Below are positions 36,892-45,525 of a DNA stretch of 64,000 nucleotides, in pieces. Each line of letters opens with the position of its first letter. The stretch's first letter is position 1. Made by a program: the position numbers and the translations under genes. The DNA is from Candidatus Falkowbacteria bacterium (lineage in GTDB: Bacteria > Patescibacteriota > Patescibacteriia > Patescibacteriales > UBA12465). The notes below the pieces were generated by a model. The model saw only the letters and a program-made list of their open reading frames with translations. It searched no databases and was not told the DNA's origin. The stretch spans positions 453,062 to 517,061 of the forward strand of contig CP066698.1 of assembly GCA_016432645.1 (NCBI GenBank), read 5' to 3'.

Positions 36892-37335
36892 TTACAGCTT
36901 AATGCCGGCCGGAGTGGCAGTCTGCAAAGCATTACCCGGAACGGTATTGATGGTTGCTCCTAAACAATAATTAATCGTATAGGAACCACCAGTGCCGCTG
37001 GTTGTTTGCTTGGCGTAAGTATAAGCTGGTTGAGTCGCAGGACAAGAACCACCATCAATTGGAGACGGAGGAGTTGGCACGGCTGCTAAATAAACATTGC
37101 CGGCTGTTGATTGGATAGTGCCGCCGGTAGTAACGGAAGCCGGGTAAGAGCCTTCTTCGTTATAATATAACTCCAAGGCTGTTTGGATTTGCTTGACATC
37201 AGAAATACGTTTGGCGTCGCGCGCTCTGGCTCTAGCTTGGTTAAGAGCGAGAACAGACATTGTGGATAATAAGCCGATAATCGCGATAACGACTAACAAT
37301 TCGATGAGCGTAAATCCTTTTTTATTTTGTTGCAT
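36892..37335 (-). CDS. Type IV major pilin (PilA-like), copy 1
   Basis: MQQNKKG|FTLIELLVVIAIIGLL... with an AGAGAGG RBS and a C-terminal disulfide pair (CPATQ...YC). Confidence 0.85.
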   Translation of the reverse strand: MQQNKKGFTLIELLVVIAIIGLLSTMSVLALNQARARARDAKRISDVKQIQTALELYYNEEGSYPASVTTGGTIQSTAGNVYLAAVPTPPSPIDGGSCPATQPAYTYAKQTTSGTGGSYTINYCLGATINTVPGNALQTATPAGIKL

Positions 37336-37415
37336 AATAAACCTCTCTTTAAAGGCTGATCGCCATCTTAATAAAAATTAACATGAGCGATATTTAAATT
37401 ATTTTATATAATCAA

Positions 37416-37424
37416 ATTATAGCA
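37416..37424 (-). promoter_or_regulatory. Promoter: -35 TTGCCC, 17-nt spacer, extended -10 TGCTATAAT for pilin copy 1
   Basis: The minus strand reads TTGCCC-cgttttttaattaatgc-TATAAT. Confidence 0.6.
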
Positions 37425-37479
37425 TTAATTAAAAAACGGGGCAATAGTTTTTGCGAGCATTTGAAAAATCCGATTCTTT

Positions 37480-38685
37480 TTAAAACTGGCTGGCCATATT
37501 ATACATCGGCATGATAACCGCCGCCACCATGATTCCGACGCCGACACCCATGATTACCATAATAATCGGTTCCATTAATTTGCTTAAGTTATCAAGCATA
37601 TTAGCGGTATCACGCGAATAAAAGGTGGTGATTCTATCTAATACGGAATCCAGCTTCCCTGTTCTTTCACCGACCGCAATCATCTGCGGCACCATTTTAG
37701 GAATATAGGAACTATTCTCCATGACCATGGATACCGGATTACCATCGTTAATGGCATTTAAAGTTTCAATAATAAGTTCACGATAAATAATATTACCGAT
37801 AACATCGGCGGTGATTTCCAAACTCTTAGTAATCGTGACGCCGCCTTTAAGTAAGGTCGATAAGGAACGGGTAAAACGCATCAAATAAATATATTTGAAT
37901 AATTTACCAAAAATCGGCATTCTTAATTTAACTACATCCATCTGGCGTTTGCCAAAATAAGTTTTCAAATAAAAATGCATCGCCACCCAAATCGCCGCGA
38001 TAATCAAGCCAACAAGCCATAAATAATTTTTAAAGAAATTGGAGGCACCGATAACCACGCGCGTGGAGAATGGCAAAACCGCGTTAGTCTCGGTTAAGAT
38101 GGCGGTTAAATTCGGAATAACATAAATCATCAAGACGATGCCGACGCCGATTAAACCGGCAGTAACAAAAACCGGATAAATCATCGCACCCTTAATCTTG
38201 GCGACCATATCATAATTCTGCTCCATTTCATCCGCCAAATAATTTAAAACTTCATCTAATTTACCAGAGGTTTCACCGGACCGGACAATGTTGATAAAAA
38301 ACTCCGAGAAAATTTTCGGACGCTTGCTGAAAGCTTCCGACAAAAATGAACCGCTATCAACCTCAAATCCGATTTCCGAAATTAAATTTTTCAAGCTGAT
38401 ATTTTCCGTCTGGTCTACCAAAATTACCAAAGATTCAACCACTGGCACATTAGCGCTAATCATTACCGAAAACTGGCGCGTAAAAATTGCCAAATCCTTA
38501 ACCTTAATCGGGGCAATCATCATCAAAAACCGCATGTCTAAAGTATGGGTAATGTTAACCAAAGAAATCGGGGTTAAATCCTTTTTCTTTAATCTGGCGG
38601 AAGCATCCGCCTCGCTTAAGCCGACAACTTGCCCGTTTTTTTTGCGACCACTTTTATCGGCGGCCTTATATCTAAAAATTGCCAT
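37480..38685 (-). CDS. pilC: Type IV pilus platform protein PilC (T2SS F family)
   Basis: 401 aa with two T2SSF repeats and three TM segments. Confidence 0.9.
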   Translation of the reverse strand: MAIFRYKAADKSGRKKNGQVVGLSEADASARLKKKDLTPISLVNITHTLDMRFLMMIAPIKVKDLAIFTRQFSVMISANVPVVESLVILVDQTENISLKNLISEIGFEVDSGSFLSEAFSKRPKIFSEFFINIVRSGETSGKLDEVLNYLADEMEQNYDMVAKIKGAMIYPVFVTAGLIGVGIVLMIYVIPNLTAILTETNAVLPFSTRVVIGASNFFKNYLWLVGLIIAAIWVAMHFYLKTYFGKRQMDVVKLRMPIFGKLFKYIYLMRFTRSLSTLLKGGVTITKSLEITADVIGNIIYRELIIETLNAINDGNPVSMVMENSSYIPKMVPQMIAVGERTGKLDSVLDRITTFYSRDTANMLDNLSKLMEPIIMVIMGVGVGIMVAAVIMPMYNMASQF

Positions 38686-38696
38686 AGTTATTTCAA

Positions 38697-40460
38697 TTAG
38701 CTTTCAATAACTCTTAGAATTTCCTCCATAGTGGTAACCCCCTGCAAAACTTTCATTACCCCGTCCTGCTTAATGGAAACAAAATCTTCCGTTTTTTTAA
38801 CTGTTCCAATGTTCAATTCTCCTTCGCCGCTATTAATTATCTCCTTTAAGTCATCATTAATTTCAATTACTTCAGCCACGGAAACACGGCTAGAATACCC
38901 TGTATTTTCACAGCGCTGGCAGCCGACCGCTTCATATAGCTTATAACGCGAAAAAATTTCTTCTAAATTAGTGAAATCTGGGAGCTCTGTCCGGATAACC
39001 GTTTCTGGAATATCCTTCAACTCATTAATTATATCCTGTTTGGCGTCTGGAGACAATTCAGTTTCTTTTTTACAATGATCGCACAGGCGGCGAGCTAAAC
39101 GTTGGGCAACTACGGTTCTTAAAGTAGAAGCCATCAAAAAGCGCTCAATTTTCATATCCAATAAACGAAAAACCGCGCCGATGGCATCGTTGGTATGCAA
39201 AGTGGAGAGCACCAAGTGCCCGGTTAAAGAAGCGTTAATCGATAATTCAGCCGTCTCTTCATCACGAATTTCTCCAACCATGATAATATTCGGGTCTTGG
39301 CGCAATAAAGAGCGCAAGCCGTTAGCAAAGGAGAAGCCGATACGCGGCCGAACCTGCGACTGATTAATCCCTTTGATTTCATATTCAATCGGGTCTTCAA
39401 GCGTTGAGATATTTACCCCTTCTTGGTTCAAAATATTAAGCAAAGAATAAAGAGTTGTGGTTTTACCGCTGCCGGTCGGCCCGGTAACTAAAACGATACC
39501 GCTGGTTTTCTGGATTCCCTCTCGCATGCGCTTTAAAGACAGTTGATTAAAGCCTAAGCTTTCCAAGCTTTGGATGGCGCGTACGGTATCTAAAATTCTC
39601 ATTACCACTTTTTCACTGCTGGCCAGCGGAAGCGTGGAAACACGAAAATCGATTTCCCGATTATTAATAACCAAGCGGATGCGGCCGTCTTGCGGAATTC
39701 TAGTTTCATCCAATTTTAATTTTGCCAAAACTTTAATACGCGCGATAACCGCGTTATGAATACTCTTCGGCAAAGTCAAAGAGGTGTGTAAAATACCGTC
39801 AATGCGATAACGGACTCGGCTTTCTTTAGCAAACGGTTCAATATGAATATCGGAAGCGCGCGCTTCAACGGCATGGCGGATAATAACCGAAACGATACGG
39901 GAAACCGGAGCACTATTAATATCATCCTGGGTTAAATCATTTGATTCAGAAGCGACTTCCAATAGCTCTTCTCCCTCCTCTTTGGCCTTAACTTCCAAGG
40001 CGGAAGATATTTCCTGTTCAATCTTTTGATATTGCTTAAAGGCTTTCTGCCAGCTGGAGGCGGAGATTAAAAAATATTCAACTTTTAAATTTTCCTCAGC
40101 GGCCAAAAAGTTAACCGCTTCCATCGCTTTCAAATTAGGCTCTACTAAACCGATTTTTATATTGCGGTTTTCTTTACCAAAACAAATAATCTGATAAGTC
40201 CGGGAAATATCTTCCGGCAAAAAATTAAGAATTGCTTCCGGCACGTCATTATCGGCTAAATTATAATAATTTAAACCAAAAAATTCCGCTTTGGCCTCCG
40301 TCAGTTTTTCTTCATCAACGATTTTCTGCTCCACTAAAAAAACGGACAGATTCTTCCCTTTATCCAAGGCCTCTGTCTTTAACTTCGCAGCCGTTTCGGT
40401 GCTTATTATCCCTTTAGCGAGGAGGAGATTTATTAATTTAGGATCATTATTAGCTAGCAT
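38697..40460 (-). CDS. pilB: Type IV pilus assembly ATPase PilB (GspE family)
   Basis: Walker A GPTGSGKTTT, Asp/His boxes and a tetracysteine (CDHC...CQRC). Start set to the ATG at 40460 (the track used a TTG 6 nt upstream). Confidence 0.9.
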   Translation of the reverse strand: MLANNDPKLINLLLAKGIISTETAAKLKTEALDKGKNLSVFLVEQKIVDEEKLTEAKAEFFGLNYYNLADNDVPEAILNFLPEDISRTYQIICFGKENRNIKIGLVEPNLKAMEAVNFLAAEENLKVEYFLISASSWQKAFKQYQKIEQEISSALEVKAKEEGEELLEVASESNDLTQDDINSAPVSRIVSVIIRHAVEARASDIHIEPFAKESRVRYRIDGILHTSLTLPKSIHNAVIARIKVLAKLKLDETRIPQDGRIRLVINNREIDFRVSTLPLASSEKVVMRILDTVRAIQSLESLGFNQLSLKRMREGIQKTSGIVLVTGPTGSGKTTTLYSLLNILNQEGVNISTLEDPIEYEIKGINQSQVRPRIGFSFANGLRSLLRQDPNIIMVGEIRDEETAELSINASLTGHLVLSTLHTNDAIGAVFRLLDMKIERFLMASTLRTVVAQRLARRLCDHCKKETELSPDAKQDIINELKDIPETVIRTELPDFTNLEEIFSRYKLYEAVGCQRCENTGYSSRVSVAEVIEINDDLKEIINSGEGELNIGTVKKTEDFVSIKQDGVMKVLQGVTTMEEILRVIES

Positions 40461-40482
40461 GAACAAATATTATTCTAATTTA

Positions 40483-40788
40483 CTAGAAGGGTTTGTTGTT
40501 CCCCTTAACGCAGCGCTTGACTGAATTAACACTCTCGCCGCAAACTTCATCAAAAACAAAAACGTTAACATTATTTTTCAAAGCCGTCATGCGCGGATCT
40601 GCTAAAATCGCAGTGTCCAGCAATTCGCTGGCCGGAGCGCTGCGGCGCACAGTGACGTCAATTGTCGAAATGCCTGTTTGGTTGCGCAAAGCCTCGATAA
40701 AAGGCTGGCGCAAAAATAATAAAGCCGCGCCGGCAAGCGCCAAGGCAATGATTATGACATAAAAAACAACAGCGTGATTATTTTTCAT
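40483..40788 (-). CDS. Small membrane-anchored protein in the pil operon
   Basis: 101 aa, one TM. Assigned by position between pilO-like and pilB. Confidence 0.5.
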   Translation of the reverse strand: MKNNHAVVFYVIIIALALAGAALLFLRQPFIEALRNQTGISTIDVTVRRSAPASELLDTAILADPRMTALKNNVNVFVFDEVCGESVNSVKRCVKGNNKPF

Positions 40789-40791
40789 AAA

Positions 40792-41448
40792 TTATTGCGC
40801 GGGTTTATAATAATAAGTAACGAATTCCAATTGAGCGGAATTCCCGGCTTCGGAAAAACTAACCGATTCAATATCAAATAAACGGGAATTAGCTTCAAAA
40901 GTTTTCAATAAAGTCTTTAGCCCTTGATAATTAATCGCCCCGATAGAAACTGTGACTGTTACTTTGCCGATTTTTTCATTATCGGTCGGTGCGCCAGCGG
41001 CCGGCATCGGATTACCATCGACATCAACAGCATCATCGCTCATAACGCTCATGGTCGTGATGAGAAAGCCGTCCTTCACGACAATTTCCTCCAGTTCGCC
41101 AAATAGCTGCTCTTTAATATAGTTATCAGGCAAAACATTATTGAACTTCTTTAGATCGGCCGGGCTAATATTATCAAACACCTCTTTAACTGTTTTTAAA
41201 TCTCTGAGCTTTTTTTCCTGTTCGGCATATAATTTTTTCTGGCTTTCAATATTTTCTCTAATCGCTGCCTGGGTCAGCTTAAACTTCGGGCCGATGAATA
41301 GGAAATAAGCCAAAGCAAATACCACCAACAAAACCAAAAGCGTGAGCAAATTAAAATATTCGTTTAAAAAAATGTTTAAGGAATTTTTGTCTTGTAAATC
41401 GTTTTTTGTGGTCACAGATTTATTTATTAAAAATTTCCGGGTTAACAT
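40792..41448 (-). CDS. PilO-like pilus alignment protein
   Basis: TM plus a coiled coil (..AIRENIESQKKLYAEQEKKLRDLK..). Position after PilN-like. ATG at 41448. Confidence 0.5.
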   Translation of the reverse strand: MLTRKFLINKSVTTKNDLQDKNSLNIFLNEYFNLLTLLVLLVVFALAYFLFIGPKFKLTQAAIRENIESQKKLYAEQEKKLRDLKTVKEVFDNISPADLKKFNNVLPDNYIKEQLFGELEEIVVKDGFLITTMSVMSDDAVDVDGNPMPAAGAPTDNEKIGKVTVTVSIGAINYQGLKTLLKTFEANSRLFDIESVSFSEAGNSAQLEFVTYYYKPAQ

Positions 41449-42130
41449 CAAGCAGCATAGTGAAGCCGACTTTATTTTGAGCGGCCAAATTACGCGCAGC
41501 CGCAGCCGCGGCGATTTCTTCCGGGGTGGCGGTCTTTAACTTTTCGGCTTCTTCCCGGCTCTGCTTGCCGGCGCCGGAGTCAGAAACTGTTTCTACGGAA
41601 ACATTCAAAGCAATCGGGTCGTCACGAAAAGTTTTGACCTGCCAAGAAACGTCAGCAAATGAGCTGGCCGAACCGGATAAAGTATATTTGCCGTCAGTTT
41701 GGCCGATAAAGTTGCCGTAAGTAACTGTGCTTAAAGTATTTTTTTCCAACCAGTTGAAAAACTGGGTCCAATATATATGGCTTTCCAAAAGACTATTAAC
41801 CTCCAATGCTTTATCTTTATAAGCTAGGGCGTCAGCCGCTGATTTTCTGAAATCAGCAATGTCTTTTCCAGTTTTAGAAATAGCGGCCTTAGTTTGTTCC
41901 AAGCGGATTTCCTCATCTTTTTGCCACCAATCAAGACCCAAATATAATTCCGAGATTATTAAAATAGCCACCGCTAAAGCGGCTACCAATGATTTGATAT
42001 TTGTCTTCCAGTCAAAACCCAATTTAATTTCATCTCTAATCAAATTGACTTCCAAAATTTTTGGATTCTTTAAAACATTATCCAGGGCATTATCTTTTTT
42101 TGGTTTTTTGTTTTTATTTGAAAAAAGCAT
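41420..42130 (-). CDS. PilN-like pilus alignment protein
   Basis: Short cytoplasmic N-terminus (..LEVNLIRDE..), a TM and a periplasmic domain. It directly follows pilM. Confidence 0.55.
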   Translation of the reverse strand: MLFSNKNKKPKKDNALDNVLKNPKILEVNLIRDEIKLGFDWKTNIKSLVAALAVAILIISELYLGLDWWQKDEEIRLEQTKAAISKTGKDIADFRKSAADALAYKDKALEVNSLLESHIYWTQFFNWLEKNTLSTVTYGNFIGQTDGKYTLSGSASSFADVSWQVKTFRDDPIALNVSVETVSDSGAGKQSREEAEKLKTATPEEIAAAAAARNLAAQNKVGFTMLLDVNPEIFNK

Positions 42131-42132
42131 AA

Positions 42133-43188
42133 TTATTCTATTTCGCGCATGGCCAAGCCAATAGCGACAGCCAGCTTGGGACCAACCTCCTCTAAGACCG
42201 GCTTAATTTCTTGAGGATATTCCACTCGGCTCCAAGGATTGCCGATAATTACTTTAATGTTCAAGCGTTTAGAAAAATAATCGGCCAAATTCAGAAACAG
42301 CGAGCCGCCGCCGGAAAGAATTATTTTTTCCAAATTTTCATCATTCTGAGAACGATAAAAATCAATCAAATACTGCATCTCGGTTACTATTGGTTCTAGA
42401 GTCTTGGTAATAAGCTGAGGCAGCTCTTCTTGGCTGGAATCGGCATTAAGCGAAAAGCTTAAATCAAGTTTAAACTGTTCTGCTTGGGCATAAGTCATTC
42501 CCAATTTGGCAGCTAAAGCTTTAGTAACCGTAGAGGCACAAACCGTTAAGCTGCGGTTTAAAACCGGAATACTGTCTTTAACAATTGATAAATCGGTACT
42601 ATTAGCGCCAATCTCCACAATCATCATCGGCGCTTTATCGTCACCGATTAAAGAACGGACCAAAGAAAAAGTTTCTGTTTCGAGACTAGCCAGGACTACC
42701 CCGGATTGCTTAAAAACATCAATATATTTACGAACTAGTTTTTTGGGAGAACCGGTTAAAAAAACTTGGATATTGCCGGAAACCGGGGTTTTGCCATTTT
42801 TATCGGGGATAACTTTCCAGTCCAGAATCATTTCCTCCAAAGGAAGCGGAATAACTTTTTTAGCTTCCTCGTTAACGCCATTGGCTAAGGTGTTCTTATC
42901 GGCATTGGTAATATTGATAATTGAAGAAAAAACAGCAAAAGTTGGAAGAGAAACCGTCGCTCGCCTAGCTTTCATTCCCGCTTCTTTCATGACTTTAGTT
43001 ATCGCTTGGGAAAGATAATTTATGTCGTCGACACGATTAAAATTTATCTCGCTCACATTCTCGCTAAAGGCATAATTGGAAAGCAAAATCTTCTGACCCT
43101 TCTTTTTTAACTCTACCATTTTTAAAGAAGAGTCGCCAATGTCAATTCCTAAAAACAGGTTCTCATTTCCTAAAGTTATAAAACTCAT
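42133..43188 (-). CDS. pilM: Type IV pilus assembly protein PilM (actin-like ATPase)
   Basis: 351 aa with GIDIGDSSLKMVELKK and ..IILSGGGSLFLNLADYF... Confidence 0.85.
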   Translation of the reverse strand: MSFITLGNENLFLGIDIGDSSLKMVELKKKGQKILLSNYAFSENVSEINFNRVDDINYLSQAITKVMKEAGMKARRATVSLPTFAVFSSIINITNADKNTLANGVNEEAKKVIPLPLEEMILDWKVIPDKNGKTPVSGNIQVFLTGSPKKLVRKYIDVFKQSGVVLASLETETFSLVRSLIGDDKAPMMIVEIGANSTDLSIVKDSIPVLNRSLTVCASTVTKALAAKLGMTYAQAEQFKLDLSFSLNADSSQEELPQLITKTLEPIVTEMQYLIDFYRSQNDENLEKIILSGGGSLFLNLADYFSKRLNIKVIIGNPWSRVEYPQEIKPVLEEVGPKLAVAIGLAMREIE

Positions 43189-43241
43189 AATATTTAAAGC
43201 ACCGCAAAACTAAATTGAATAATCTGCATTCTTAGTATATA

Positions 43242-44546
43242 ATGAATTATATAATATTTGGAAACATTAAACAAGTATTTATGAGCATCTCTCCCCGCTT
43301 CAAAAAAATAATTATGCTGATAATCTTCTTAGGGTTGATTGTCTTTTTTGGCTACTTACTCTGGAAATTATTTTTTAAAGTTGAAACCATAACTCCTGGG
43401 CAACAAATAACCTCTAGCTCCAGCCCCTCCGGATTGCCGGCGGCTGGGACTGGCGGTAATAATATCGGCAATATAACCGGCAGCGGCAACTTGCCGGGAA
43501 GCGACAGCCCGATTAGCAGCGGCACCCCAGTCGGAACTCCCAGTTCCGAAGCTTCCGCTCCCAGCCCAACGGCCAGCGGCGGAATAACTTCCGTATCGCC
43601 TTTAATTTCTTCACAAGTGCTCGACCCGACTGTTTCTAGCGACGGCGGCATTAGATACTATAATAAAGACGATGGCCATTTTTATAAACTGGATGACAAC
43701 GGTAACGCTGTAAAAATGAGTGATAAAGTTTTTCATGAAGCTGATAATGTTACCTGGTCACCGAGCGGCGACAAGGCTATTATTAGCTACCCCGACAAAA
43801 GCAAAATCATGTATAACTTCGATACCGATAAACAGGTTACCCTGCCCTCTTACTGGCAAGATTTTTCTTTCTCGGGTGACAGCGAACAAATTGTCGCCAA
43901 AAGTATCGGACTGGATGTGGAGAATAATTGGCTGATTGTCTCCGGCAGCGATGGTTCCAAAGCGACTGCCTTGGAAGACATCGGCGCTAATGCCGACACC
44001 GTCTATCCCTCCTGGTCGCCAAACAACCAAATTGTCGCGATGTATACTAAGGGCGTGGATTTTAATCGCCAAGAAATATATTTTGTCGGTTTGAACGGCG
44101 AGAATTTCAAATCAACTCTAGTAGAAGGCCGCGGCCTGCAAACCCAATGGTCTACTGAAGGCAATACCCTCTTATACAGCGTTTATAATACGGCGGATGA
44201 AATGAAGCCGCGTCTCTGGATAGTTGATGCTACAACCGATAGTATTGGTGAAAACCGCCGCAGTTTTAACCTGCAAACTTGGGCCAGCAAGTGCACTTAC
44301 GCAACCGATACGGAAATTTATTGCGCCGTACCCGAAGAACTTCAGGCCGGAGCCGGCATGTTCCCGGAACTCGCCGATAAAACTAAAGACAATCTTTATA
44401 AAATAGATTTGGCCACCGGAACGCAAAAATTAATTGCCATCCCTAATGGCGCTTACAACATCTCGCAAATCTTAGTACCGGAAAATCAAAAAACTTTATA
44501 TTTTACCGACAAAAGTACACAGTTAATTTATAAAGTTGATTTATAA
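43242..44546 (+). CDS. Membrane-anchored TolB-like beta-propeller (PD40-type repeats) protein
   Basis: It has a TM, a Ser/Pro/Gly-rich linker and repeated WSP(S/N)G-type blades (VTWSPSGDKAII, YPSWSPNNQIVAMY, QWSTEGNTLLYS). The true start may be the ATG at 43281. Confidence 0.6.
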   Translation: MNYIIFGNIKQVFMSISPRFKKIIMLIIFLGLIVFFGYLLWKLFFKVETITPGQQITSSSSPSGLPAAGTGGNNIGNITGSGNLPGSDSPISSGTPVGTPSSEASAPSPTASGGITSVSPLISSQVLDPTVSSDGGIRYYNKDDGHFYKLDDNGNAVKMSDKVFHEADNVTWSPSGDKAIISYPDKSKIMYNFDTDKQVTLPSYWQDFSFSGDSEQIVAKSIGLDVENNWLIVSGSDGSKATALEDIGANADTVYPSWSPNNQIVAMYTKGVDFNRQEIYFVGLNGENFKSTLVEGRGLQTQWSTEGNTLLYSVYNTADEMKPRLWIVDATTDSIGENRRSFNLQTWASKCTYATDTEIYCAVPEELQAGAGMFPELADKTKDNLYKIDLATGTQKLIAIPNGAYNISQILVPENQKTLYFTDKSTQLIYKVDL

Positions 44547-44583
44547 TTTATCCTTACTTTAGCTCTCTTGGGTCATAATAAAT

Positions 44584-44599
44584 CTGTTATTTATAACAG
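44584..44599. promoter_or_regulatory. 16-bp palindrome CTGTTATTTATAACAG (CTGT-N8-ACAG) 9 nt upstream of comFC
   Basis: Perfect 7-bp arms. It fits the gamma-proteobacterial LexA-box core CTGT-N8-ACAG with an AT-rich centre, and lies just downstream of a CATAAT -10-like hexamer. Confidence 0.35.
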
Positions 44600-44607
44600 C
44601 ATTAGTT

Positions 44608-45261
44608 ATGGCTCTTTTTTTAAAAAAATTTATTCTCAATCTCCTCTTCCCGGTTATCTGCGTCGGTTGCCGCCGGGAGACGCCAAATAGCGCCTATCTT
44701 TGCGCCCGTTGTTTTAAAAAATTAAAATTCTATGGCAAAACAACCGGCTTAAATTTAAAATTTGTCGACGAACTGAACGTCGCCGGCGATTATGACAATC
44801 GCCCGCTAGCCGGCCTGATTAAACTTCTAAAATTTAATGCGGTTCCCGAAGCCGGTACCGCCTTAGTTGCTTGGCTAACTTTATTTTGGCAAGGACCGGC
44901 AGCTTTAAAACCGCCAAACTTACTTGTTATTCCTATCCCGCTGGCCGCCCGGCGGCGTCAGCGGCGCGGTTTTAATCAAGCGGAAATTATTGCCCGCGGC
45001 CTAGCTAACAATTTTGATTATGAAATTAGTTTAGAATTAATAAAAATTAAAAATACGAGAGCGCAATCCGGATTAAACGCCAAAGGAAGAAGCTCTAATC
45101 TGACGGGTGCTTTTAAATGGCAGGGACCGAGACCGATTAAGCGCGATATTTTATTGATTGACGACATAGCGACAACCGGCGCGACCCTAGAGGCGGCGGC
45201 GGAAACCTTAAAATTAGCCGGGGCGCAAAAAATTATTGCTTTAGTAGCCGCTAAAGGTTAG
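44608..45261 (+). CDS. comFC: ComF-family phosphoribosyltransferase (competence protein ComFC)
   Basis: N-terminal double Cys pairs (CVGC...CARC) and a PRTase motif LLIDDIATTGATL. Confidence 0.8.
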   Translation: MALFLKKFILNLLFPVICVGCRRETPNSAYLCARCFKKLKFYGKTTGLNLKFVDELNVAGDYDNRPLAGLIKLLKFNAVPEAGTALVAWLTLFWQGPAALKPPNLLVIPIPLAARRRQRRGFNQAEIIARGLANNFDYEISLELIKIKNTRAQSGLNAKGRSSNLTGAFKWQGPRPIKRDILLIDDIATTGATLEAAAETLKLAGAQKIIALVAAKG

Positions 45262-45295
45262 GAGCGGCGGCGAGTAAGGTAATATTTACAAATTA

Positions 45296-45512
45296 ATCGA
45301 AGCGTGCTAAATTAATTATAGTTGATTGTTGAGCCTACCAAGCTCAAGGCCTAAAAACCGCTTAACCGCCTAAGACTAAAAAACAATTTATAAGCGCTTT
45401 CGCAAATATTATTTGGAAAGAAGCTGGGTGGAACCGCGAGACCTAAAATAGTCCCGTCCCAGTAAAAGCAGTTTTTGCTGTTTTTACTAGGAGGGGATTT
45501 TTTATTAATAAT
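45296..45512 (+). promoter_or_regulatory. T-box riboswitch leader (Thr) with terminator, upstream of thrS
   Basis: T-box sequence GCTGGGTGGAACCGCGAG at 45423-45440 (consensus GGGTGGNACCGCG). Thr codons ACC (45337, 45365) and ACT-A (45375) lie in the putative stem I. The long terminator stem at 45453-45496 includes the AGGAGG RBS and is followed by ATTTTTT. Confidence 0.7.
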
Positions 45513-45525
45513 TAATTTTAATAAT

